Shown here piece by piece: positions 9,233-16,660 of a DNA stretch of 64,000 bases. Where the stretch lies: contig CBDCOP010000006.1 in the NCBI GenBank assembly GCA_965219845.1, positions 628,496 through 692,495 of the forward strand. Reading direction: 5' to 3'. The position numbers were made by a program, and so were the translations under genes. The notes beneath the pieces are model-generated. The model saw nothing but the letters and a program-made list of their open reading frames with translations, made no database searches and was not told the origin of the DNA. The DNA is from Dehalococcoidia bacterium. Its GTDB lineage: Bacteria > Chloroflexota > Dehalococcoidia > Lucifugimonadales > Australimonadaceae. The number at the start of each line of letters is the position of its first letter. The stretch's first letter is position 1.

Positions 9233-9894
9233 GGTGGCTGGCGGCGATAGCGGTTGTGGCGGTCCTCGTGATCGGTTACCTCTACTACGACGAGTTCGGC
9301 CTGCCCACCAGGGTTGAGGAGTTCCTGGGGAACATCTCCTCGGACGAAGGGGAGGAAGCGGCGCCGGTCCCGACGAGCGCGCCTGCCAGGCAAGCTCCTA
9401 CTGCCGCTCCAACGCCCCGTGACACCGACTCCGGCGCCGCGCCAACCTCGACCCCACACCTCGGCGGCACGAGCGCCCCGCCCACTCCAACGCCTCGCCC
9501 CACCGATCCCACTCCGACCCCAACCACCATCCCTATCGTCGTGCCGCCGACGCCGACTCCTGAGCCGACCGCCGACCCAAGCATCGAGGTGCGGTGCTCC
9601 CAGGCAAACGACCGTGACGAGATTCGAACCGAGGATCAGTACTACACCACATTGGAAGAGTGCCTCCAGTACGGGAACTGGTACACGCCGCGCGGAGAAT
9701 CCACCTGGAGGTCCACGATGCCCACGCCAACACCCACCCCCCTGCAGATCAAGCCGGAGGACTCCCGCCTGGGACTCAACCCGGACGGTAAGGCGGTGTG
9801 GACGTTCGTGGTGAATGGCGAGACGATCTACTGCAACATCGGGGAGCTTCAGGCCGCCTGCGCGAATCGGCTCGGTTTGAGCGGGGTATACTAA
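9229..9894 (+). CDS. Membrane-anchored Pro/Thr-rich hypothetical protein
   Basis: GTG 9229 overlaps the coxL-like TGA (GTGA). It has an N-terminal TM helix 'WLAAIAVVAVLVIGYLYY', a roughly 90-aa P/T/A-rich linker, and a Cys-containing C-terminal domain. The gene sits between the L and S subunit genes. Confidence 0.55.
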   Translation: MRWLAAIAVVAVLVIGYLYYDEFGLPTRVEEFLGNISSDEGEEAAPVPTSAPARQAPTAAPTPRDTDSGAAPTSTPHLGGTSAPPTPTPRPTDPTPTPTTIPIVVPPTPTPEPTADPSIEVRCSQANDRDEIRTEDQYYTTLEECLQYGNWYTPRGESTWRSTMPTPTPTPLQIKPEDSRLGLNPDGKAVWTFVVNGETIYCNIGELQAACANRLGLSGVY

Positions 9895-9901
9895 CCCGGC
9901 C

Positions 9902-10372
9902 ATGAACGTCACCCTCACCGTGAACGGCGAGACGCTCTCGCTTGACGTGCCCCCCTCCACCACCCTCCTCGACCTGCTACGCGACCGCCTCGGCCTGCAC
10001 GGCACCAAGGAGTATTGCCACAGTGGCGTTTGCGGCGCATGCACCGTCCTGGCCGACGGCAAGGCGGTCAGTTCGTGCAGCATGCTCGCCGGACAGGTGA
10101 ACGGCGCTGACGTGCTCACCATCGAGGGCTTGACGCCGAGTGAGGGCCTGCACCCCATCCAGCAGGCGTTCGTGGACAACTTCGGACTCCAGTGCGGCTA
10201 CTGCACCCCCGGCATGGTCCTGCTCGCGAAGGCGCTGCTCGACGAGAACCCTGCCCCGACGCGCGAGGAGATCGTCCGCTACATGGGCGGCAACATCTGC
10301 CGCTGCACCGGCTACGCCGGCATCCTGCGGTCGGTACAGGCAGCGGCGAAGGAGCGCGGCTCGTGGAGCTGA
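9902..10372 (+). CDS. (2Fe-2S)-binding small (CoxS-like) subunit
   Basis: 156 aa with the two [2Fe-2S] motifs 'CHSGVCGACTV' and 'QCGYCTPG...CRCTGY'. Confidence 0.9.
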   Translation: MNVTLTVNGETLSLDVPPSTTLLDLLRDRLGLHGTKEYCHSGVCGACTVLADGKAVSSCSMLAGQVNGADVLTIEGLTPSEGLHPIQQAFVDNFGLQCGYCTPGMVLLAKALLDENPAPTREEIVRYMGGNICRCTGYAGILRSVQAAAKERGSWS

Positions 10373-10809
10373 CCGACCGCTTCGATGTCAGCGCGTCGCC
10401 CGCCGAGGCGTGGGCGTTCTTCTGGGACCTGCCCCGCGTCGCCAAGTGCCTGCCGGGCTGCGAGAGCATCGAGGACGCGGGCAACGGGGCGTACCGCGCG
10501 CGCATGACGCAGCGCGTCGGACCGTTCAAGGTGACGCTGGACATGGAGATGCGCATCGAGGAGGCGGTGGAGGGCCGGCGCGTCGTCGTGAGCGGCAACG
10601 GCAAGGACCGCATGGGCAACCGCCTCCACGTCAACCGGCTCGCGCTCGAACTGAGCGAGCCGTCGCCCGGCCGGGCCGAGGTGAACTACGCGATGGACTT
10701 CAACCTCTATGGCCGTCTCGCGACGCTCGGCAACACGGCGGTGAAGCGCAAGTCGGAGGAGATACGCACCGAGTTCAGCCGCCGCATCGCCCAGGAGTTA
10801 GGGGGCTAG
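10363..10809 (+). CDS. CoxG / SRPBCC-family protein
   Basis: In-frame GTG at 10363 overlaps the coxS-like stop by 10 nt. 'FDVSASPAEAWAFFWDLPRVAKCLPGCESIE' is the CoxG-type pattern. Confidence 0.8.
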   Translation: MELTDRFDVSASPAEAWAFFWDLPRVAKCLPGCESIEDAGNGAYRARMTQRVGPFKVTLDMEMRIEEAVEGRRVVVSGNGKDRMGNRLHVNRLALELSEPSPGRAEVNYAMDFNLYGRLATLGNTAVKRKSEEIRTEFSRRIAQELGG

Positions 10810-10817
10810 CGGCGTGA

Positions 10818-10894
10818 TGGTGGGACGAGCAGGACTCGAACCTGCGACCTGGCGATTATGAGTCGCCTGCTCTGACCGACTGAGCTATCGTCCC
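10818..10894 (-). tRNA. tRNA-Met (anticodon CAT), elongator-like; tRNA-Ile2(CAU) not excluded
   Basis: A hand-folded cloverleaf from GGGACGATAGCTCAGTCGGTCAGAGCAGGCGACTCATAATCGCCAGGTCGCAGGTTCGAGTCCTGCTCGTCCCACCA. It has a 7-bp acceptor stem, anticodon loop CTCATAA, T-loop TTCGAGT and an encoded CCA. It lacks the initiator features (G1:C72 pair; no GGG/CCC anticodon stem). Confidence 0.9.
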
Positions 10895-10943
10895 TTATGC
10901 ATGCTCACCGTTGACGCACTGCCTACTCGTGTGGTCCAAAGGT

Positions 10944-11297
10944 CTAGCGAAGCGGGAGGTAGCGAACCTGGTTCTCCCACTCGCCATCAAGGCTGGCTCC
11001 CGCCAGCAATTCGAGTTCGTCTATCGCCTGACGCACCGGGCAATCCCAGTGCACCAGGAACACACCCGGCGTCGTCAAGCCTGCGACGATTCGCTCATAG
11101 GCAGCTTCTCTCATCGTGTTCACATCGTGGGTGAGGAGCACTCGCCATTCACTCGCGGCCCAAACCAGAACGCCGGGGTCGGGCGCCGACCGCAAGCCAC
11201 GTTTCTCTACCGTCACGATATCTATGCCTGGAACGCGGAGACGAAGTCCTCCGACGATAGTCTCGCGGAAATTCTCATCCGCTGCGAAACGAAGCAT
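10944..11297 (-). CDS. DUF5615-family PIN-like protein (putative toxin)
   Basis: 117 aa. 'MLRFAADENF...DPGVLVWAASEWRVLLTHDVN' matches the DUF5615 pattern. It lies immediately downstream of a DUF433 gene, a known pairing. Confidence 0.65.
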   Translation of the reverse strand: MLRFAADENFRETIVGGLRLRVPGIDIVTVEKRGLRSAPDPGVLVWAASEWRVLLTHDVNTMREAAYERIVAGLTTPGVFLVHWDCPVRQAIDELELLAGASLDGEWENQVRYLPLR

Positions 11298-11660
11298 CTA
11301 GGAGGCTCGTTGCTCCTGCTGTGCAGCGTCGCGGCGGGCCTGCAATCGAGAGAGCAGTGAAGCGTTATCCGGGTAGCGGGCGTCAATCTCGGCCTTGGTT
11401 CGCTCCCAGTCCTCATCCACCTTCCGCAGGTACGTCTCAACCTCCTCCATATTGCGGAGGTAATAGGCGATGACGGCATAGATGTCCGCTAGCTCGAGCG
11501 TGGGGAGCGCATCCTTGATCTGCTCAGGCGAATCCCCACCCTTATACGACCATACGACGAACTCTAGGTTGACACGCGTCTGTGGGCCGGACACGCGCAC
11601 CGCTCCGTTTGGTTCGACCCGCAGCGGGACCGTCATGTTGGGGAAGCTCTCGATCGCCAT
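11298..11660 (-). CDS. DUF433-domain protein (putative antitoxin)
   Basis: ORF 11298..11690 trimmed to MAIESFPN. 'GDSPEQIKDALPTLELADIYAVIAYY' matches the DUF433 core. Its stop abuts the DUF5615 start. Confidence 0.7.
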   Translation of the reverse strand: MAIESFPNMTVPLRVEPNGAVRVSGPQTRVNLEFVVWSYKGGDSPEQIKDALPTLELADIYAVIAYYLRNMEEVETYLRKVDEDWERTKAEIDARYPDNASLLSRLQARRDAAQQEQRAS

Positions 11661-11718
11661 TGCGTTGCTCCTGGCGCACGTTACCCGCAATCAGTATAGC
11701 CGACGCTTACAAGTCAGC

Positions 11719-11813
11719 GGCCGTCTCGCCACGCTCGGCAACACGGCGGTGAAGCGCAAGTCGGAGGAGATTCGCGCCGAGTTCAGCCGCCGCATCGCGG
11801 AGGAGCTGGGGGG
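11719..11813 (+). pseudogene. Duplicated 3' fragment of the coxG-like gene
   Basis: Near-identical copy of 10711-10809, reading 'GRLATLGNTAVKRKSEEIRAEFSRRIAEELGG' versus '...IRTEFSRRIAQELGG*'. It has no upstream coding part, and the stop TAG is changed to TGG. Confidence 0.75.
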
Positions 11814-11822
11814 CTGGAGTCG

Positions 11823-12248
11823 TCATGGTGGGACGAGCAGGACTCGAACCTGCGACCTGGCGATTATGAGTCGCCTGCTCTGACCGACTGAGCTATCGTC
11901 CCCTGTTGCATCGCCGGGTAGCGCGCCCGGATAACGTGCCATATGCTCGTGCCTGTCCGGATAGCGCGCATCCAGTTCCGCGTCCAACTGCTCCCAATCT
12001 TCCTCGATCTTCTGCAGGTACGCCTCAACCTCCTCGGTGTTGCGGAGGTAGTAGGCGATGACGGCGTAGATATCCGCGAGTTCTATGGTCGGGAGCCTGT
12101 ACTGGATCTCCTCAGGCGTCTCGCCCGCCTTGTAACCCCAGACGACGAGCTCGAAGTTGACACGCGTCTGTGGGCCGGACACGCGCACCGCGCCGTTCGG
12201 TTCGACCCGCAGCGGGACCGTCATGTTGGGGAAGCTCTCGATTGCCAT
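11823..12248 (-). pseudogene. DUF433 paralog with a disrupted 3' end (reading frame runs through the tRNA gene)
   Basis: Starts at MAIESFPN (12248). The first ~40 aa and the upstream region are nearly identical to 11298-11660, and the middle has diverged. After 'DARYPD' the frame continues with no stop until 11823, inside/past tRNA-Met. There is no DUF5615 partner. Confidence 0.5.
11826..11902 (-). tRNA. tRNA-Met (anticodon CAT), second identical copy
   Basis: By eye the 77 nt are identical to 10818-10894. Confidence 0.9.
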
Positions 12249-12306
12249 TGCGTTGCTCCTGGCGCACGTTACCCGCAATCAGTATAGCCGACGCCTACAA
12301 CCACTC

Positions 12307-12330
12307 CTGGTTCGACAGGCTCACCACGAA
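12307..12330. repeat. Dispersed short repeat, family D (core GGTGAGCCTGTCGAACCA, here in reverse complement)
   Basis: The same core recurs at 14341-14362, 29371-29392, 34125-34170 (1.5 copies), 46200-46222 and 46502-46524. Confidence 0.8.
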
Positions 12331-12341
12331 ATGGCTCGGGG

Positions 12342-13781
12342 CTACGGCAGCCCGAACTCGTCCCAGCGGGCCGCGACGCCGTCCATGATCTGGCGGCTCA
12401 CTTTGTTCACCGGGTGGAAGTTCTCCCCCTTGAACTTCATGGTCGCGTCGATGCCCATGCCCCGGCTCGGTTGAATGAAGTCGACCTCCCCACGCACCCG
12501 CGGCGTGGGCGGGAACACCCTGCCGGGGATGACGTGGTCGTCCGGCTCCGCCGCCGAGACGACGCGCCACATCACCTCCTCCCAGTCGCGCACGTTGCAG
12601 TCGTCGTCCACGACGATGATCCAGCGCCACGCCTCGGCGTCCCAGATCGCTTCCATGATCTCGCGCGGCTCTTCCCTGCTCTGGATGTCGGCGGACACGA
12701 TGAGCATCCCGTGCCGGCCCACCTCCGGGAAGTACACCTCGCGGATGTTCGTATTCCCCGTGCGCTGGACGAGCCGTGACTGCATCGAGCCCGAGCGCAG
12801 CAGCTGGCGCGGGTAGTCCTCGACGCGCTGGCAGATGAGGCCGTACGTAAGCGGGTCCTTCCGGTGCGTGATGGCCTTGACCTTGATGACGAAGGCCGCC
12901 TTGTTCTGGCCGTAGAAGCCCGTGGACTCACCGTGGGGCCCCTCCTCGGTGCGCTCGTACGGCAGCACCTCTCCCTCGATGACCACCTCGGCGTCCGCGG
13001 GGACGAGCAGATCGCTCGTCTCGCACTTTACGAGTTTGGTCGCCTCGCCCCGCCAGCCGCCAGCGGCCTCGTACTCCATCGAGCCTTCGAGTTCGCCGCT
13101 GTTGGGGCGCACGGGGCTGCCCGCCGCGAGCGTCACGAGCGGGTCCGTGCCCATCACGATGGCGACCGGCGTGGGGCGTCCCTCCGCCTCGTTGCTCAGG
13201 ATGTGGTCGCCGCCGCCGGGCCCCGTCGAGGACCCGCGCCCCCGGATGCCCCCGGAGAGGCTGAGCGTCTGCTTGTCCTTAATCATGGCGCGGTAGAGGC
13301 CGATGTTCAGAATGCCGGTGACCGGGTCGCGGGTCACGACCCCAGCGGTCGTCGCGAGGTACTGCCCGCCGTCGTGCTCGTGCCAGACGGGCGTGGGGAT
13401 GAAATCGAGGTCGACGTCGTCGCCGCTGACGATGACCTCCTTGCACGGCCCGGAGTCCACCTCGACGGACGGGAGGCGGTGGTCCATCCCGCCGACGACG
13501 CGCTCTTGGATCTTCGCCTCGTCCGGTTCCGTGCCGAACGCCAGCGCGACCTGCTCGATGGTGGAGAGCAGGTTCACGACCATCGGCCTGTCCGGGTAGC
13601 CCTTCACGTTGTCGAAGATGATGGCCGGGCCCTGCCGCTCCAGCGAGCGCGCGGCGACCGCGCCGATCTCGAGGACGGGGTCGACCTCCGCCGTGACGTG
13701 GTGCACCAGCCCCTTCTCGTCCAGCAGCCGTATGAAGTCCCGCATGTCGGTGTAGGGGACTCGTTGTCGTTCGAGGGCCAT
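12342..13781 (-). CDS. UbiD-family (prFMN-dependent) decarboxylase
   Basis: ORF 12342..14078 trimmed to 'MALERQRVPYTDMRDFIRLLDEKGLVHHV' (CAT 13779-13781). It shows the UbiD pattern throughout. The upstream 99 codons run through repeat elements and were rejected. Confidence 0.9.
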   Translation of the reverse strand: MALERQRVPYTDMRDFIRLLDEKGLVHHVTAEVDPVLEIGAVAARSLERQGPAIIFDNVKGYPDRPMVVNLLSTIEQVALAFGTEPDEAKIQERVVGGMDHRLPSVEVDSGPCKEVIVSGDDVDLDFIPTPVWHEHDGGQYLATTAGVVTRDPVTGILNIGLYRAMIKDKQTLSLSGGIRGRGSSTGPGGGDHILSNEAEGRPTPVAIVMGTDPLVTLAAGSPVRPNSGELEGSMEYEAAGGWRGEATKLVKCETSDLLVPADAEVVIEGEVLPYERTEEGPHGESTGFYGQNKAAFVIKVKAITHRKDPLTYGLICQRVEDYPRQLLRSGSMQSRLVQRTGNTNIREVYFPEVGRHGMLIVSADIQSREEPREIMEAIWDAEAWRWIIVVDDDCNVRDWEEVMWRVVSAAEPDDHVIPGRVFPPTPRVRGEVDFIQPSRGMGIDATMKFKGENFHPVNKVSRQIMDGVAARWDEFGLP

Positions 13782-13928
13782 CGTGCACCTCCCGTGAGGC
13801 ATCGTGCGTGGTTCGGGCCGGAGCGTACGTGGCGCAAGGTGTCGGGTCAACGCGGGCGCCGTCTCCCATGATTGGGACCCTTGCATGGCTCCCGCTGCTA
13901 TCCGGTCCGGGATGGGACCGGGGGCTGA

Positions 13929-14093
13929 TCCCCCTCTCCCTACAAGGAGACCCTTACATAACCGTGAGGGGAGATGCGGTGCGGGGTTATTTGATCCCTT
14001 CCCCCTCGATGGGGGAAGGCTAGGATGGGGGTGAATCGGCGGGGTCTGGGGTGTGCGATGGGCTATGCAAAGGTCCACTCCTGAGGAAGGGGG
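13929..14093. repeat. MITE-like repeat element, copy A1
   Basis: About 165 bp, bounded by the imperfect inverted cores 'gagacccttacataacc' and 'ggctatgcaaaggtcca'. It is in tandem with copy A2 and matches 47991-48154. Confidence 0.7.
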
Positions 14094-14108
14094 TTACGGC
14101 GGGGTTCA

Positions 14109-14272
14109 TCCCCCTCTCCCTACAAGGAGACCCTTGCATAACCGTAAGGGGAGATGCGGTGCGGGGTTATTTGATTCCTTCCCCCTCGATGGGGGAAGGT
14201 TAGGACGGGGTGAATCGGCGGGGTCTGGGGCGTGCGATGGGGTTACGCAAAGGTCTCTGCAAGAGGAGAGGG
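14109..14272. repeat. MITE-like repeat element, copy A2
   Basis: Bounded by the inverted cores 'gagacccttgcataacc' and 'ggttacgcaaaggtctc'. The interior is near-identical to A1 and A3. Confidence 0.7.
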
Positions 14273-14437
14273 TGCCGCCGCTCCGCGGCGGCGGGTGAGG
14301 GCCCTTGCGCTTGGAGCGGGGCAGTTTCGGCTGACCCGTTCGTGGTGAGCCTGTCGAACCACCACCCACCGCCGGCGCGGTATACTGCGCGCGTCTGAGA
14401 CGGCAAGCGCACCGACGACCCTGAGGAGGAGGCCTTC

Positions 14438-15760
14438 ATGCTGAGCGTGGAAGAGAACGCACTGCTGACCGACATCTCGCCGGGGACGCCGATGGGCAAC
14501 CTGATGCGCCGCTACTGGGTCCCCGTCATGCTGTCCGGGGAGTTACCCGAGCCGGACGGCGACCCCATGCGCGTCCGCCTCCTCTGCGAGGACCTGGTCA
14601 TCTTCCGCGACACGCTCGGAAGGGTGGGCTTGCTCCCTGAGCGCTGCCCGCACCGCCGCGCGTCGCTCTACCTCGGGCGGAACGAGGAGGGCGGCCTGCG
14701 CTGCATCTACCACGGCTGGAAGTACGACGTCACGGGCCGCTGCGTCGACATGCCGAATGAGCCGCCCGAGAGTTCCTTCAAGGAGAAGATCAGGCCGTCC
14801 GGTTACCCCTGCCGGGAGGCGGCGGGCATGATCTGGACGTACATGGGCCCGCGCGCCGAGCCGCCGTCGCTTCCCCATTTCGAATGGATGGACGTGCCGG
14901 AGGAGCAACGGCAGATGTCGTCCTTCCTCCGCGGGTGCAACTGGATGCAGGCGCTGGAAGGCGACATCGACACGACCCACTCCGGCTTCCTCCACGGCGT
15001 GCTCGAACGCACCTCGGACGCCGTCAACACCTGGCGGAGGGAGCACCCTCCCGGGCTCGACGTGGTGTCCACGCGGTACGGCGTCATGTACGGCGGGCGC
15101 TACGGCGACATCGAGGCCGGCCAGTCCGGCGGAGACGCGACGACAACCTACTGGCGGGTGAGCAACTTCCTCTTCCCGTTCTACACGTTCTTCCCCAGCC
15201 GTCCGAACGGGCTGGTGCCCGGCCACATCTGGGTGCCGCTGGACAACCACAACACGATGGTGTGGGCGCTGGGGTGGAACCCCGTGCGGCCGCTCGAACA
15301 GAGCGGGACCTGGCGCGGGGCCAGCGGCGCGATGGTCGGCGAGTTCGAGCTCCCGACCGCCGACGGCATGGGGCGGTGGCGTCCCACGGCCAAATGGGAC
15401 AACGACTACCACCAGGACCGCCATCTGCAGCGGACGGCGACCTTCACCGGCATCCCCACCATCCCGCTGCAGGACCAGGCGGTCACGGAGACGATGGGCT
15501 CCATCACCGACCGCTCCAACGAGCACCTGGGGACCTCCGACGCCGCGATCATCCGGACACGCAAGCATCTCCTCAACGCGGCGAAGGCCCTGCGCGACGA
15601 CGATGTCGAGCCGCCCTGCGTCGACACGCCCGAGTGGTACCGCATTCGGTCGGCGTCGGGAACGGTCCCGAAGGACGCCGACTGGATCGAGGTGCTCGGC
15701 GACTGGATGGACGCGCGCACGCTGGAGGTCCCCGGCGTGGGGCTGCCCACGCCGGTGTAG
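14438..15760 (+). CDS. Rieske (2Fe-2S) non-heme iron oxygenase, alpha subunit-type
   Basis: 440 aa with an RBS 'gaggagga'. The Rieske motif is 'CPHRRASL...CIYHGWKYD' and the mononuclear iron motif is 'DTTHSGFLH'. Confidence 0.9.
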   Translation: MLSVEENALLTDISPGTPMGNLMRRYWVPVMLSGELPEPDGDPMRVRLLCEDLVIFRDTLGRVGLLPERCPHRRASLYLGRNEEGGLRCIYHGWKYDVTGRCVDMPNEPPESSFKEKIRPSGYPCREAAGMIWTYMGPRAEPPSLPHFEWMDVPEEQRQMSSFLRGCNWMQALEGDIDTTHSGFLHGVLERTSDAVNTWRREHPPGLDVVSTRYGVMYGGRYGDIEAGQSGGDATTTYWRVSNFLFPFYTFFPSRPNGLVPGHIWVPLDNHNTMVWALGWNPVRPLEQSGTWRGASGAMVGEFELPTADGMGRWRPTAKWDNDYHQDRHLQRTATFTGIPTIPLQDQAVTETMGSITDRSNEHLGTSDAAIIRTRKHLLNAAKALRDDDVEPPCVDTPEWYRIRSASGTVPKDADWIEVLGDWMDARTLEVPGVGLPTPV

Positions 15761-15791
15761 GAGGGATTGAGGTACTCCGCTGCCCTACCTG

Positions 15792-16559
15792 ATGCAGGTC
15801 CTCGCCGCTTTGCTTGCGCTTCCGGCACTGCTGCTGGTGGCGTGTGGTCAGGAACCAAACGACACTGAGCTCAGTCCGCGGGAGTACGTGTACGAGCGCT
15901 GCACGGGCTGGCCGACCAGCGAGCCGGGCCTCCGCCAGGTCTATGGGCAGACGTGGGGTGAGGCCGCGGATGCGCTCGCTGAGGGCCCAACGCTGGATGT
16001 GCCGCGCCAGTTCCGCGAGTACGACGCTGCACTCGGGGTGTTCCGAGATGCCCTCATCAGACGTGTCCGCGAATTGCCGCCAGACGAGACCTCCAGGACG
16101 TACTTACCCTACTCACCGCTGCCTCCCGGCCTCGAGGGACCGGCCTATGTGTGGGATGCGGTGGTGGCGCTCAGAAACGAGTGGTACGCACTCGACGACG
16201 ACTCTCGGCTGCTGCTCAGGCGCATCGGCTGCACGGACCACGACAAGCTCGCAGGGTTGCTGCTGGAACCGCCCCATCGAGGTGAGTGTGCAGCCGGTGG
16301 CGCATACGAGGCGTTACAGGCAGTTGTCGAGGAGGAGGTGGGCCCGATCGACAGGCGGAGTGGAGGCAGTAGACGGCACACGGAGGACACCTACATCGTT
16401 CGGGGTGGCGTGCTCGGCTACCACCACTACGAAGTCGTTCACACCTGGGAGACCACCATGGATTTCACGCTGGACGATGTCCGGTACGAGGCCGCCGGGA
16501 TCGTCGATGACGACTGCGAGGTTGAGGTCGAGTACATCCGCCCCGAGGGGACTGGCTAG
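15792..16559 (+). CDS. Hypothetical lipoprotein (paralog A)
   Basis: Signal peptide plus lipobox 'LLLVAC'. It is homologous over its full length to 16661..17467. Confidence 0.6.
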   Translation: MQVLAALLALPALLLVACGQEPNDTELSPREYVYERCTGWPTSEPGLRQVYGQTWGEAADALAEGPTLDVPRQFREYDAALGVFRDALIRRVRELPPDETSRTYLPYSPLPPGLEGPAYVWDAVVALRNEWYALDDDSRLLLRRIGCTDHDKLAGLLLEPPHRGECAAGGAYEALQAVVEEEVGPIDRRSGGSRRHTEDTYIVRGGVLGYHHYEVVHTWETTMDFTLDDVRYEAAGIVDDDCEVEVEYIRPEGTG

Positions 16560-16660
16560 GCCTCTGGGCGATACGAACGCCCCACCAGGGACTGGCGGGG
16601 CGCTCGCCCATCTGCCGTCGCCGTCGACGTGGGATCGGACGTTGGCGTTGGTGTCGGGGT

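Noticed and set aside
9285-9584. Antisense ORF (99 aa, Gly/Val-rich) opposite the Pro/Thr-rich linker
   Set aside because: It is the mirror image of a low-complexity P/T-coding stretch. The sense ORF has a TM anchor, a structured C-terminal domain and translational coupling to the upstream gene.
10711-12301. Interpreting the duplicated tRNA and flanks as attL/attR of an integrated element
   Set aside because: The whole tRNA plus ~100 nt beyond its 3' end is duplicated, rather than a 3' tRNA fragment. The 'insert' is only ~1 kb and encodes no integrase or excisionase. A tandem segmental duplication explains it better.
13782-14078. N-terminal 99-codon extension of the UbiD ORF (track start 14078), and likewise the 262-codon extension of ORF 17908..20175
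   Set aside because: The extensions run through dispersed repeat elements or an opposite-strand membrane gene. The UbiD-family similarity begins only at 'MALERQRVPY' and 'MPVQDLREWI', the latter with a good RBS.
13929-14272. Tandem repeats considered as a possible CRISPR array (also 24450-24561 and 25411-25590)
   Set aside because: There are only two or three copies and the units are 56-165 bp. There are no unique spacers of regular length, and the units carry inverted termini and recur elsewhere as single copies. No cas genes are present in the window.
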